A program made the position numbers and the translations under genes. From Mobula hypostoma (lineage: Eukaryota): DNA of 64,000 bases. The stretch spans positions 188,234,001-188,298,000 of the forward strand of contig NC_086097.1 of the NCBI RefSeq assembly GCF_963921235.1, in the 5' to 3' direction. The notes beneath the pieces are model-generated. The model saw only the letters and a list, made by a program, of their open reading frames with translations, was not told where the DNA came from and made no database searches. Shown one piece after another: positions 39,720-51,819 of the stretch (its first letter is position 1; each line of letters opens with the position of its first letter).

Positions 39720-40920
39720 GTAGCAAGTTCAAATATACAAAGCAACACATGCAAAATGCTGGAGAACTCAGCAAGCCTTTGGAAAAGAATAAACAGGACT
39801 GGAAGGGAAGGTGAGAAGTCAGCGTAAGAAGGTAGGGGAGGGGAGGACGAAGTACAAGGCGGAAGGTGATAGGTGAAACCAGGGGAGGGGGTGAAGTAAA
39901 GAGCTGGGAAGTTGATTGGTGAAAGAGATAAAAGGCTGAATGAGGAGGAATCTGATAGGACAAGATAGAAGACCATGGAAAGAAAGGGGGAGGAGCACCA
40001 GAGGGAGGTGATGGTCAAGTAAGGAAACAGGAATGACTAATGGAGACAGAGAGTAGGTGTCAATTACTGGAAGTCTGAGAAATTAGCATTCATGCCATTA
40101 GTTTGGAGGCTACCCAGGTGGAATATAAGTTGTCGCTCCTCCAACCTATGTGTGACCTCATCGCGACAGTAGAGGAGGCCACTGAATGATATATCAGATT
40201 GGAAATGGGATGTTGAATTGAAATGGTTGGCTAGAGGGTGATCCCACTTTTTCTGGCAGGCAGAGTGTAGGTGCTCAGTGAAGTGGTTTCCCTACCTACC
40301 TGGGTCTCACCAATATATAGGAGTACCATTCCAGGAGCACTGGATAAAATAGATGACCCCACCAGACTTGCAGGTGAAGTGTCACCTCATCTGGAAGGAC
40401 TGTTTGGGGCCCTAAATGATAGTGAGAGAGGAGATATAGGAGCAAGTGTAAAACTTGTTCCACTTGTAATGATAAATACCAGTATGAGGGACGAGTGAAC
40501 AAGGAAGTCACATAGGGAGCAATCCATGAGGAAAGTGAAAAGTGGAGAGGAGGGAATGACGTGCTTGGTGGTGGGATCCCATTGGAGATGGCAGAAGTTG
40601 TGGAGAATTATGTTCTGGATGCGGAGGCTAGTGAGGTGGTAGGTGAGGACAAGAGGAACCCTATTCTTGGTGTGGCAGTGGAAAGATGGGATGAGGTCAG
40701 ATAAGCACGAAATGGAAGAGATGCGGGTGATGGTGGAGGAAGAGAAACCCAGAAGCCCTTTTCTATGAAGAAGAAGGACATCTCATTAGTTCTAGAATGA
40801 ATACGCTCATTCTGAGAGCAGGTGCGGCAGAGATGGAGGAACTGAGAGAAGGGGATGACATTTTTACAAGTGACAGGGTGGGAAGAGGTACAGTCCAGGT
40901 AGCTGTGAGAATCCCTGCCC
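39720..40920 (-). mobile_element. Penelope-like element 3' remnant
   Basis: DSHSYLDCTSSHP..CKNVIPFSQFL, GPK.SFQ..HFTC and the shared terminal repeat. Confidence 0.8.
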
Positions 40921-41242
40921 TTTCTGCTCAAGTCCAATGTCCAAGTTCATGTTCAGGTTTAATTGTCAATCAACCATACATGAATATCCGTGAATTCAGC
41001 CAAACAAGATAGTGTTACTCTGCCGCCAAGATACAAAACACAGTACCAGCAGTTGTACAAAACACAAGGCACACACAGCATAAAAGGCAGCAGTAAAATA
41101 CAATCACACAAAAATATATATAGTCCAAGTCCCTGAGTCCATGAATGTTGCAGCAGTCTGCAGTCAAACACAATCCATCTTGTCTTCTACCGAATGAACA
41201 GTAGAGGACAGCACCAAACCCAGCCTTGTACTCAATTTGTTG

Positions 41243-41390
41243 TACCCAGCCTTAGTCCTGACGAAGGGTCTCGGCCCAAAACGTCGACTGTACTTCTTCC
41301 TATTGATACTGCCTGGCCTGCTGCATTCCACCAGCATTTTTGTGTGTGTTGCTTGAATTTCCAACATCTGCAGATTTTCTCGTGTTTGCG
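41243..41390 (+). mobile_element. Penelope pseudo-LTR fragment carrying a minimal hammerhead motif
   Basis: Reverse complement of the terminal repeat of the Penelope copies at 46.2 and 63.5 kb. Confidence 0.8.
41254..41289 (+). ncRNA. Minimal type I hammerhead ribozyme relic (G12->A)
   Basis: AGTC-CTGACGA-A-GGGT(CTCG)GCCC-AAAA-CG-TC-GACT: stem I AGTC/GACT and 4-bp stem II; core GAAA mutated to AAAA. Confidence 0.7.
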
Positions 41391-42049
41391 CTTGTAGTCA
41401 ATGTCGCACTGCACCACACCACCTCTAGCAATCAGTTAGAGCGCACCGATTCCGATGCTTCTCTCCTGGGCGGCTGCAAACATGCAACCCTGCACCTTGA
41501 ATCCTAGTCCTCGCAACATAAGACATGCAACTCCCCCGCCATCTGCCTCCACCATTCGCTAATAAACCAATGAATTGGACTTGCAGAAGTCTGCAGAATT
41601 CCACATTAACAATATCCAACAGGGTCTTGCAATCGCAAGAAAAGCAACCAAGATGATCACTCACTATTAGACTGCAAATTTCCTCCACGCATTCACCCCA
41701 ACCCTTCTCTGATGCAGGCAGCTGTATGATCTGCACCAAGTCCAGCTCCTTCAGTTTCTCTGCTGATGAACAACTCTCTACTGGGACAGACCTGCAATAT
41801 TTTAAGTTCTTAATGACCAGCAGGGTCTTGTGTTCATAAAAAATATGCTTAAAAACACAATAACACCTTTAATTAGCTCCTTAGAAGTTGCTACACCTGA
41901 GCACTCTGCCATCTTACCAGAATTACCACAAAGCCCTACACCAGGGTTGAGTTCCAAGGCATCCATTCTTTAAAATAGGCTATTTTCCACACAAAATGTG
42001 TTCTTCTGTTGAAGATAATTCACTTGTTAAGATAGTTCCGTTTACTTTT

Positions 42050-42628
42050 TATTGTACTCATTATAGTTACAGCTATATAAGACCTTGGTCAGACCCCACT
42101 TGGAGTTCTGGTCACCTCACTACAGGGAGGATGCGAATACTACAGAAAGAGTACAGAGGAGATTTATAAAGATGTTGCCTGGATTGGAGATCATGCCTTT
42201 TGAGATTAGGTTGAGTAATCTTGGCCTTTTCTCCTTGAAGTGACGGAGGATTAGAGGTGACTTGATAGAGGTGTATAAGATGATGAGAGGCATTGATTGT
42301 GTAGATAGCTAGAGGCATTTTCCCAGGACTGAAATGGCTAACATGAGGGGGCATAGTTTTAAGGTGCTTGGAAATAGGTACTGAGGGGATGTCAGGGGTA
42401 ACTTTTCCACACAGAGAGTGGTGGGTGCAAGGAATGCACTGCTGACGGCGGTGGTGGAAGCAGATACAATGGGGTCTTTTATGATGCTCTTAGATAGGTA
42501 CATGGAACTTAGAAAAATAGAGGGCCATGTGGAAGGGTAATTCTAGGCAGTTTCTAGAGTAGGTTATGTGGTCAGCACAACATTGTTGGCCAAAGGGCCT
42601 GTAATGTGCTGTAAATTTTCTATGTTCA
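42050..42628 (+). mobile_element. CR1 3' fragment
   Basis: LYKTLVRPHLE, RGDLIEVYK and CR1 3' UTR. Confidence 0.85.
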
Positions 42629-43367
42629 ATGAGAGAGAGTCCAAAAGGACACCTGGAGTCCAGCATGCAGCTATCCAACTGAACTTTTTTGATATCACTA
42701 CTTGTACAATATGTGAATTCCTCCCATGTGGGAATGACTAACTGAATGGCATGGACTTAACCTATTACCTACCACAACATTTTTGACAAAAGAAACACTG
42801 ACTATTGATATTCCCCTGTACATCTCATTTGTAAACTGCCTAACTTTTTAACTGAGAATACGCTTTCTTTTGATTCCTTAGATCAAGATATTTATAAAAT
42901 AACATATGTTTAAGTACCAAACATAAAAAATTTAAGGCAAACTCAAAGTATAATTGTTTTCTGGTTACCACCTATCTCCACGTCTGAACTTTTGATTGGA
43001 CAAAATTGGCAGACCATTTAGGTAAAGGCCCATCCTCCCTTGGCCACATACTCAACATGGAAAACTACCTAATGATATCATTAAAAGACCGTACTGAACC
43101 TTATTAATTTATCTAAGTAGCAGTTTAATCTGTTATATTCTGTCCTTATATAAATCTGGTAATATAATAAATAATGATTTCTGGTGCTTAAGAAGAATTT
43201 AAGATATTCTGATGACACAATGAGATAGTGTGAGACTGGAAATTCTGTATTTCAGTAACCAATTAACAACATAAAACCTAATCCCAATTAAGCATTGAGG
43301 CTGCAAATTAAGAATTATTAACAAGGTATTTTGTTCAATTTTTTTTTTGATTTCTATTTTTTCCCAG

Positions 43368-43432
43368 TTTTCAATCTTCTTTGAATTCAATAATCAACTG
43401 GAGTCTGTAATGAAGAAAGCTTACATTTACAG
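43368..43432 (+). CDS. CNGB3: CNGB3 exon 9 equivalent: FSIFFEFNNQLESVMKKAYIYR
   Basis: ttcccag|ttt ... tacag|gtaggt; 65 bp. Confidence 0.95.
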
Positions 43433-46236
43433 GTAGGTAGTCATTGAGCTTAAAAAAAAGTCAATAGATTTTGTGTAAAAGTAACAATAAAAATATGTTT
43501 ATTGAACTCATGTTCAGGGTTGCATTTCATTTGTACTTGCAACACACAAAGTTGATTTTCGATGAAAGTATACAATTAAAGTTATTTGCTTGCTGATATC
43601 AGAAGCAGTTTTAATAATTTAACGACAAATACTTGCAAAGCTGCTGATAGAATTACCATACTTAGAATTAAACAGCCAAAAGCTTATGGCTAGCCTTGAT
43701 CTTGGTTGGTTGTTCAATAAATAGTTAGTCTTAGTTTGTTCATGTTGGCACTTCTCAGATTTTGTTCAAGATATCCTTCAACGTATAGCACCATCATTTC
43801 TTTCCGGAAACTCAGTATTGAATCTGCACACAGAATTTCTGAATTGTTTTGATAAATAGTCCAAAAGACCCTAGCTTAGAAACTATAGTACAGGTGACCC
43901 CCCCCCCCCGGCCCCTCCCAACATTTTGGCAGTTCAAGTGACAGAAAATTGCCCTCATAGGGTTTACAAAACACTACCAAAAATTCTTGTGAGAGTCATA
44001 CAAAAAAGTAAGTAAATAAAAATAATGTTTTTCTTTCAACTCATATTTCTTTATGCAAGCACAGATGATGCGGTTTTGCATTATGGAAAATTCACAATTA
44101 GGACCATATTCTGCAAATGAAACTGCCCACACAGGGCTGTCAGTTTAGAACAATGTATTAGTGTGCTATGTAAAACACAAATCAAGTACTTGGTACCACA
44201 CTCCCAGAAATCTAATCATGCTCTTTCATTTGTAGCGTGCACAGATCTATTGCAACTTCTATGCTTCACAGTAATGACACAGTAAACACATTTTGGCCAA
44301 CGTGCGTAACATGCTTATGCACATAATCAGGGTTGAGTCCTGCTTTTCCATCTATACTTCCACTTTCCCAGTCCCTGAAACCTAAAATCCCTCCGATTCA
44401 TACTTGCATTCCAAAGCAACACTCAATTCCTCCATTTGCAAGAATAAAAGTTGTTTGGGTGCAAAAAAAGGTAAGGCCACTTTTAGTATACAATTATCTT
44501 GCTCATGAAAATAACACCTTTGGAGGTGGAGAGGGAGCAATGTCAGCAGCTGGAACTTGACTGAAAGCTAATTTAAATCAGTTCAGATTGTTTTATGTTT
44601 TGTGGAGTTAGAACACATTCTATATTAATGAAAACTCTACCTATAACAATATTGTGGCTTCTTAACCATGACTGGCTTTCTAGCCTTAGACTATTACAGT
44701 GATTTGATGGATTCAGTGACCTGGAAGGCCTGTCAGCAGCATTGTATGGCTAGTGATTTCTGCACTACCAAGTAATTGCACAGACTTTGCAGATTTTTAA
44801 ATATAAATTCCTGTAGGATTGAAAGTCTGATTGCCAATAGGGATAATAGTCAAATTCTGTCATTTGGCTAAAATTATAGTATGTCAATATCCAGACACAG
44901 TAGGTGTATACTATTGTTCATGTCAAACAGGAAATAATAGGTTACTAAAATGGACAAAATAGAGCTCCTCTGTTTTCTACTGCTGCTTATTTCAAAAAAG
45001 TAAAGTGACAAGTCAGTGCCATCTTGCAGAAAGCAGGGACAGATTACAAAATCCCTCACCAATATCAAGTAACAGTGGTCTTTCCTCATTAGATTCCCCC
45101 AGCAACAGATAATATTAAATGTCAGGTCTCAGTATTCAATAGGCCAGATCTGAATTCATTCATCAGTAACTCCAGACCATACAGGCCTGAGCTAGCAGGT
45201 GTGCTTCAGATGTTCCCCTCAGCTGAACACTATCCATTGCTGGTGTGCAAGTAACTTACTCTTTCACTTAAATAGATTACTGGCCTTTAGCTATATTGCA
45301 ATGTTTAGCTATGTAGTTCATTTATTTTTCTTTACTATATACTTATCAAATGTAAGTTCAAGTAAATTAATTTTTTATTATTTTATTCCTTTTTGAAAGG
45401 TTTTAACTGTACCTTATTATCTGAAACCTTCAAAATGATACAAGATGCTTTGAACAGCAGCTACCTGGCAAAGGCTATCAAGTCAGGGTTCAGGTTATAT
45501 CACCTAATTCCTGTTCGCCGCTCACAACCTACCCCACCTGCTGGTATGAAGTCTCTAGCCCATTCTATAAGTGTTGCAGCAGGTAACTGCAGCCATGAGA
45601 TTAACAAGAGAGTCCAGTGCCAATAGTGGGTCATCCTGAAGGTGATTTGGCCCAAAATCCCTCACTAAACCACATGTGATAACTGCTATACTGCAAAACA
45701 GTGTGATATATTCCAGAGTCTTCCCTCAATAATTGGTGTTAAAATGTGCCCTGCAACAAAGTCAAATGATAATTCCAAATACCAAGCAATATAAACTTAG
45801 AAAATAATATCCATAGAAGTTATGCAGAGATATGATAAAGTGATCAGGAAAATAATGACCAAAGGATGGAAAATGGAAATTAAAATAGAAAGTCAGTAAG
45901 CAGAAAACGGAAATAGGGAGAGTGGTGTCTAATATTTCGTGGGGTTAAAACTGATGGGTAAACAAGCAATTTTATTGTTTTTATGACCAAGAAGCCCATC
46001 TTGCACTCAGGACCTGCTGAATTTAACACCAGGATTTGATTATAGCTTTGTGGAATCCATTTCCTACCTTTAGCCAATCAGTCAGCCAGGAAGTATGTCA
46101 TCATATGACACTGACTAGACTTACAGCAGCAGTTACCAACTTTGGGACAATAAGGATGAATGAATCCTATGGATTCTATACCCTATAGAGAGGGCAGTAA
46201 TGACAAAAGACACGGGTCAGCAAATCATAAATTCAA

Positions 46237-47260
46237 GAAAGTCTGCAGATGCTGGATATCCAAAGTAACACACACAAAATGCTGGAGGAACTCAGCAAGT
46301 CTGGCAGCACCCATGGATATTAATAGGCAGTCAACATTTTAGGCCGAGACCCATCTTCAGGATTGGAAAGGATAAAAAGTGAAGGGAGGGGAAGGAGGAA
46401 AGCCAGAAGGTGATATTAGCCAGGTGGGTAGGAAAGATAAAGGGCTGGAGAGGAAGGAATCTGATAGGAGAGGAGAGTGGGCCATAGGAAAAGGGAAGGG
46501 GAAGGGGATCTATGGAGTGGTGATAGGCAGGTGAGAAGAAGTAAGAAGCCAGAATGGGAAATCGAAGAAGATGGAGGGGGGAGGTTTTTTTTACCAGATG
46601 AAGAAATTGATATTCGTGCCACCAGGTTGGAGGCTACCCAGACAGAATATAAGGTGTTGCTCCTCCACCCTGATAGTGGCCTCATCTTGGCACTGTGTCA
46701 TGAGCACCGAACCCAATTGACAACCCCAGCAAATTTGCAGGTGAAGTGTTGCCCCAGCTGGAAGGACTGTTTGGGGCCCAGAGCGGATGTGAAGGAGGAG
46801 GTGAATGGACAGATGTAGCACTTTGGGTGCTTGCAGGGATAAGTGCTCGGAGGGAGATTAGTGAGGAGGGACAAATGGACAAGGGAATCAGGGAGGGAGT
46901 GATTCCTACAGAATACCAAGAAAAGGGGTAGGTAAAGATGTATTTGGTAGTAAGATCCCTCTGGAGATGGTGGACGTTCTGGGGAATGATGTGCTGGATG
47001 TGTAAGCTGATGGAGTGGTAATAAGAACAAGAGGAACTCTCACTGTAAAGGTGGCGTGAAAATGGGGTGAGTGCGGATATTTGGGAAATGGAGGAGATAC
47101 GAGTAAGGGCAGCATCAATGATGGAGGAAGGGAAACCCCATCTTTTGAAGGAGGAGGACATCTCTGATTTCGTGGAAAGGAATGCCATATCCTTGGAACA
47201 GGTGCAGAGAAGACAAAGGAACTAAGAAAAACGAATAGCATTGAATGAGTAGGGTGGAAA
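46237..47260 (-). mobile_element. Penelope-like element 3' remnant (linker Zn finger + GIY-YIG end)
   Basis: YPCKHPKCYICP, GPKQSFQLGQHFTC, EEQHLIFCLGSLQPGGTNINF; terminal repeat with a decayed hammerhead at 46329-46364. Confidence 0.85.
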
Positions 47261-47870
47261 CCCTGGAGAAATCACAGGCCTCTCTTGGGTGGGAAACAGG
47301 TCATAAGCAAAGATAAGTTTCTGACTCTCGGAGGGGACATCCAATGGCTTGAGCGACTGGGAAAACACACAATCCTCTGGCCCGTATAGTCAGCAAAGCC
47401 AGGTAAAATCCAGCTTACATCTTCTAAAGCTGGAACAGAGCTAAAATTGGCAGCATGCAGTTCAGCTAAAATTCTTAAATAAAGGACCTGTCTTCTGTCA
47501 ATGGTTTACTCTTTCCCCTCTACCCCATTTCACCTCACTGGAGATCTACAGCAGTTCAAGATGGCTTGTACAAAGGTTTGGAATGGTTGACATTTTAACT
47601 TGTTACCTTACACTGAAGTGCTTCTAGGGGTCAAATTTACCTGACTGCAGACTACAAGCCTTCACTATATCATCCTGCAAGTGGCACCTTTCACATGCAT
47701 GGTGGTTCTGCATCTGTAAACCTGCCACAGTCTTACAAACGCAGAACAATTCTAGCAATTAGGTGAATTGTTAAATTAAATAGTGATCTGGAAAGCCCAT
47801 ACTACAGTTAACTTGTTACAGAGCAAACAGTTCATTAGCTAACTAGGTCATGCATCTCATTTGTTTACAG

Positions 47871-47993
47871 AATTGCCCGAACAATAGGGTATCTGCTTTT
47901 CCTCTTGCACTTAAATGCTTGTTTGTATTACCGGGCTTCAGATTTTGAAGGGATAGGCAGCAATAAATGGGTCTACAATGGCAAAGGAAATAG
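47871..47993 (+). CDS. CNGB3: CNGB3 exon 10 equivalent (S5): [40 protein letters not shown]
   Basis: tttacag|aatt ... aatag|gtaagt; 123 bp; absent from the ORF track, found by reading the sequence. Confidence 0.95.
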
Positions 47994-49199
47994 GTAAGTA
48001 CTTCTCTGTTACTATTTAAGATTGTCAGTTTCCTCAGGAAATGAACTGCATCATGAGTCAATGCCCTGATCTCCTGTGTTCATTTCAAGTAGAACATTGT
48101 TCTGGGGTAGAGGGATAAGGTACAGGAATATCATTCAGGGGTAGAGGGATAGAGTATGGGAAAGATATAAGGGAAGGGTTCTTTGATTATATTATTTAAA
48201 TCTGTTAACAGAATTCAGAACTTTCAAGTCAGTTATTAACTAAACAATTACCAGTATGATTTGTTGGTGTAATCTCAGAATCTAAGACTAAAATGACCCT
48301 ATAATGTTGTTATTTTATTTTCTCCCGAAGAGCTGTACTTGCTACAAAATATTATTGCATTATATCTTCTCTTTTAAAGGGCACAGTATCTGCATTATCA
48401 TTAGTGAGCATTGATCTTTTAAATAAAATAGTTTTAAAGATAAATTATTATTTCAAGCCACTTGCATCAGCTTAAATCGATGTTGATTATTTCCCTTACT
48501 TTCATATATCTTTTTCATCTGACTTTTTGATAATTTTGTGGATACATCAACTCTTTCCTTTATGCAGAGAAATCCTTTCTGATGATTGCTGAACTTCCAT
48601 TGTCCACCAATGAGTTTGAGCAAATATTTCAAATGAGCAACTATTTTTAGGAGTTATTATTCTTTTAGCCATTCTTGGTCAGTTACATAAAACTGGGTGC
48701 TTTAGGTTTTCACTATCAACAAGTACCTGATTTCTCTTACTTTGTAAAATTATCTTTGACCATTTAAATTGAAACAAAAGGTATAAGTAGTAGAATCATG
48801 TTCATAATCAAAATAGGAAAGAAATTACATATGAAAAATACACGATCTAAAATGGCAATGGTTCTGGATACAAAGCAATATATCTATTAATGTTGGTGTG
48901 TTTACAGTACATAGAAAAATCGTTAAAACTTCTCTGAGTCTTTATAGTGTAATGTTCTGTTAATATGCATTGATTATTGTTATCCTAAATTTACAATCAC
49001 AATATCCCTTAACCAACAATATGAATTGTAAACTGATTTGTATTTTGTTCAGTATTTTATCTACCTTTTCTTTACATGGTTTATTTTCCATTCCGAGTTA
49101 AGGAAGTGATGATGGAGTTGGAGTTGGCTTTGAAGTTGGAGATCTGTGGTGATGGTTCTCTGCAACTATCACAGGATCTTGACCAAGCGTCGATTTTGC

Positions 49200-49562
49200 T
49201 GAGCGAAGGAGGATGAGAGGTGACCTGATAGAGGTGTATAAGATGATGAGAGGTATTGATCATGTAGATAGTCAGAGGCTTTTTCCCAGGGCTGAAATGG
49301 CTAACAAGAGAGGGCACAGTTTTAAGGTGTTTGGAAGCAGGTACGGAGCAGATGTCTTTTTAAGCAGAGAGTGGTGAGTGCGTGGAATGGGCTGCCAGTG
49401 ACGGTGGTGGAGGCAGATACAATAGGGTCTTTTAAGAGACTCCTGGATAGATACATGGAGCTTAGAAAAATAGAGGGCTTTGGGTAACCCTAGGTAATTT
49501 CTAAAGTAAGTACATGTTCAGTACAGCATTGTGGGCCTGTATTGTGCTGTAGGTTTTCTATG
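49200..49562 (+). mobile_element. CR1 3' fragment
   Basis: gaggtgacctgatagaggtgtataag ... gtgctgtaggttttctatg. Confidence 0.85.
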
Positions 49563-49829
49563 CTAGCCTGCTTGCATTTACCCTGTCTATACCCCTCATA
49601 ATTTTGTTTACCTCTATACAGAAACAATGGCTCTGTCAGAACTGGGCTTAGCTTCTGAGGGTGAAAGGGCACTGGGCCACAATTCCCAGCACCATGAGGA
49701 GGGCCTCATTTAGGCAGGTGATGGATGGAGTTACAGAACTCTACAGCACAGAACAGCTGTTCATCCCAGCTTATTAATGCTGACCAAGTTGCCTAACTAA
49801 GCTAAGACCCCTTTGCCACATATAAACTA

Positions 49830-49930
49830 TGTCAAGTCAAGTCAAGTCAAGTCGCTTTTATTGTCATTTCAACCATAACTGCTGGTATAGTACACAGTAA
49901 AAATGAAACAACGATCCTCCAGGACCATGG
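49830..49930 (-). mobile_element. Short Rex/Babar-type 3' end with (CTTGA)n tail
   Basis: (tcaag)n followed by gcttttattgtcatt on the plus strand. Confidence 0.6.
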
Positions 49931-49969
49931 TCTCTCTAAATCTTTGCTACCTATGTACCATGTACCATG

Positions 49970-50272
49970 ACCCATGTGGAAAGGATCTGGCAAGTGTGGA
50001 TTGGGACAGGCTGGTTTCTGGCAATGGTGTACTTGGTAAGTGGGAGACCTACAAACTGAAATTTTGAGAGTACAAAGCTTGTATATGTCTGACAGAATAA
50101 AGATAATGGGTATAGGGAACCTTGGTTTTTCAAGCGATATTGAGGGCTTGGATAAGAAAAAAAGAGGTGCATAGCAGGTATATGCAGGTAGGGACAAAAG
50201 AGGTGCATATGATGTATTACAAATCCAGGAAAATACTTAAGAAAGAAATCAGGAGGGCTAAAAGAAGGCATT
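49970..50272 (+). mobile_element. CR1 internal fragment (post-endonuclease region)
   Basis: Colinear with young CR1 5175-5475 (gtggattgggacagg, gaaccttggtt, aagaaagaaatcaggagggctaaaagaag). Confidence 0.8.
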
Positions 50273-51819
50273 AGAGAAATAAACAGATCTGCTCTGAGAG
50301 CTAGCGTAGACTCATTGCACTAAATAATTCTGTAAATAATGTAAATAATTCTGAAATAATATAAAGATATGAATAATAAAAAATGCTCTTATGAATCACC
50401 TTGAATGAACCTGATGGGTGCTATAGAAAAGGTAATATGTCTTTGATATACAGTGGCTAACACATTAAACAAACTGATATGCCTGGTGTGCATTGTTGTG
50501 CAATGAAGCTCCCTGTAAACCTTAGTCAGTGAATAATCCACTTGGAATAGTAATAAAGTTTACATTTGAAAGGAATCAAATCAGTCCTTCAACCATACAT
50601 TCAGGATGCTTTAACACTCACAATCTAATGTATAAATATATTTAGAACTCTATTAACACAGAGTAACTCCAAAGATTACTCAAATGATTTCCATATAAAA
50701 CATTGATTAGATCTCTCCCCAAAACTCTCTGCTTTTCCCTCCTTTAAGATACCTTCAAGCCTATCTATTTGGACAACCTCACTATCATCACACTTAAAAT
50801 ATCACCTAGGTTCCTGTATGACAGCGTTGTTTGCCAATTCAATCAATAACAAATATTATTTTCTTTAGCAGAATAGAGAAGGGGCAAAATGAAAATTGTA
50901 AACCTTGAGGCATGATTAGAAAGAGCAGAACTGTTTACTTTTTCAGCCTTAGGTTTTCAAAGTTATGAAGGGAATAAATTTAATCTAGACAATTTTCCCC
51001 TATACAAGTAATAAAGGCTGAAACTTAAGAATAAGGAAGGATCTTTGAACATGGAGATGGGAGGAATGCATTTATGATTTAATATACAAAGGAGAGTAGC
51101 TGAAAAACTGAAAATACTGGAAATCTGAAATAAAAGCAATGTGTTGGAAATGTTGAAAGTATCAGACAATGTCTGTTGAGAGTGAGAAAAGTTATCATTT
51201 AAAGTTCTGATGCAAAATATAAAGGTTGGTTAACTGAAATTGCTGAATTTGGTGTTCATTTCCAAGGGCTGTGATGTGCCTAGTTAGAAAATGAGATCCT
51301 GTTTCTATAGCTTTGTTAGCCTTTGTTGGGAAAGTTTAAGAGGCCAAAAGAGGGGAACCCGTGACCAATGAGATGGAGAGCTGAAGTGATAGGTAAATGG
51401 ACATTCAAATCTCTCCAATGGATTGGACAGATTTGTTCTTCAAAGCAATCACTGAGTGCCGGGGAGACTGTATTGTAAACAGAGAATGCTGATATCAAAT
51501 TGGAAGGCGAAACCCTGAATCACTGCATTGCCCAGATGGACTATTTGGGTTCTTGGCTACTGGATAGGGAAACAGAAAAAGGAAAATTGTACTATCTCCC
51601 TTGGTTGCAACGAAAGCAGCCCTGAGAAGGGGAATGAATGTTGGTGGAGATAAAGTAATGAGCCAGAGCATTTTGGCGAACAGTCGCTCACTTCAGGATG
51701 CTAAAAGATGAAGATAATCTAGAGATGACATTGTGTGAGTGTGCACTGATTGTGGAGATAAATATGAAGGGCAGTGGAATAGAAGATGAGAAGACAGGGA
51801 AACCCCAATCTTTGTTCTC

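Larger units (their letters stand above)
40940..41915 (-). mobile_element. Non-autonomous LINE-derived (Rex/Babar-tailed) retroposon
   Basis: Minus strand starts aagatggc and ends ...gacaattaaacctgaacatgaactt; non-coding. Confidence 0.5.

Noticed and set aside
43885..44145. Possible old Tigger-like MITE (tacaggtgacccc...)
   Set aside because: No convincing matching TIR at the other end.
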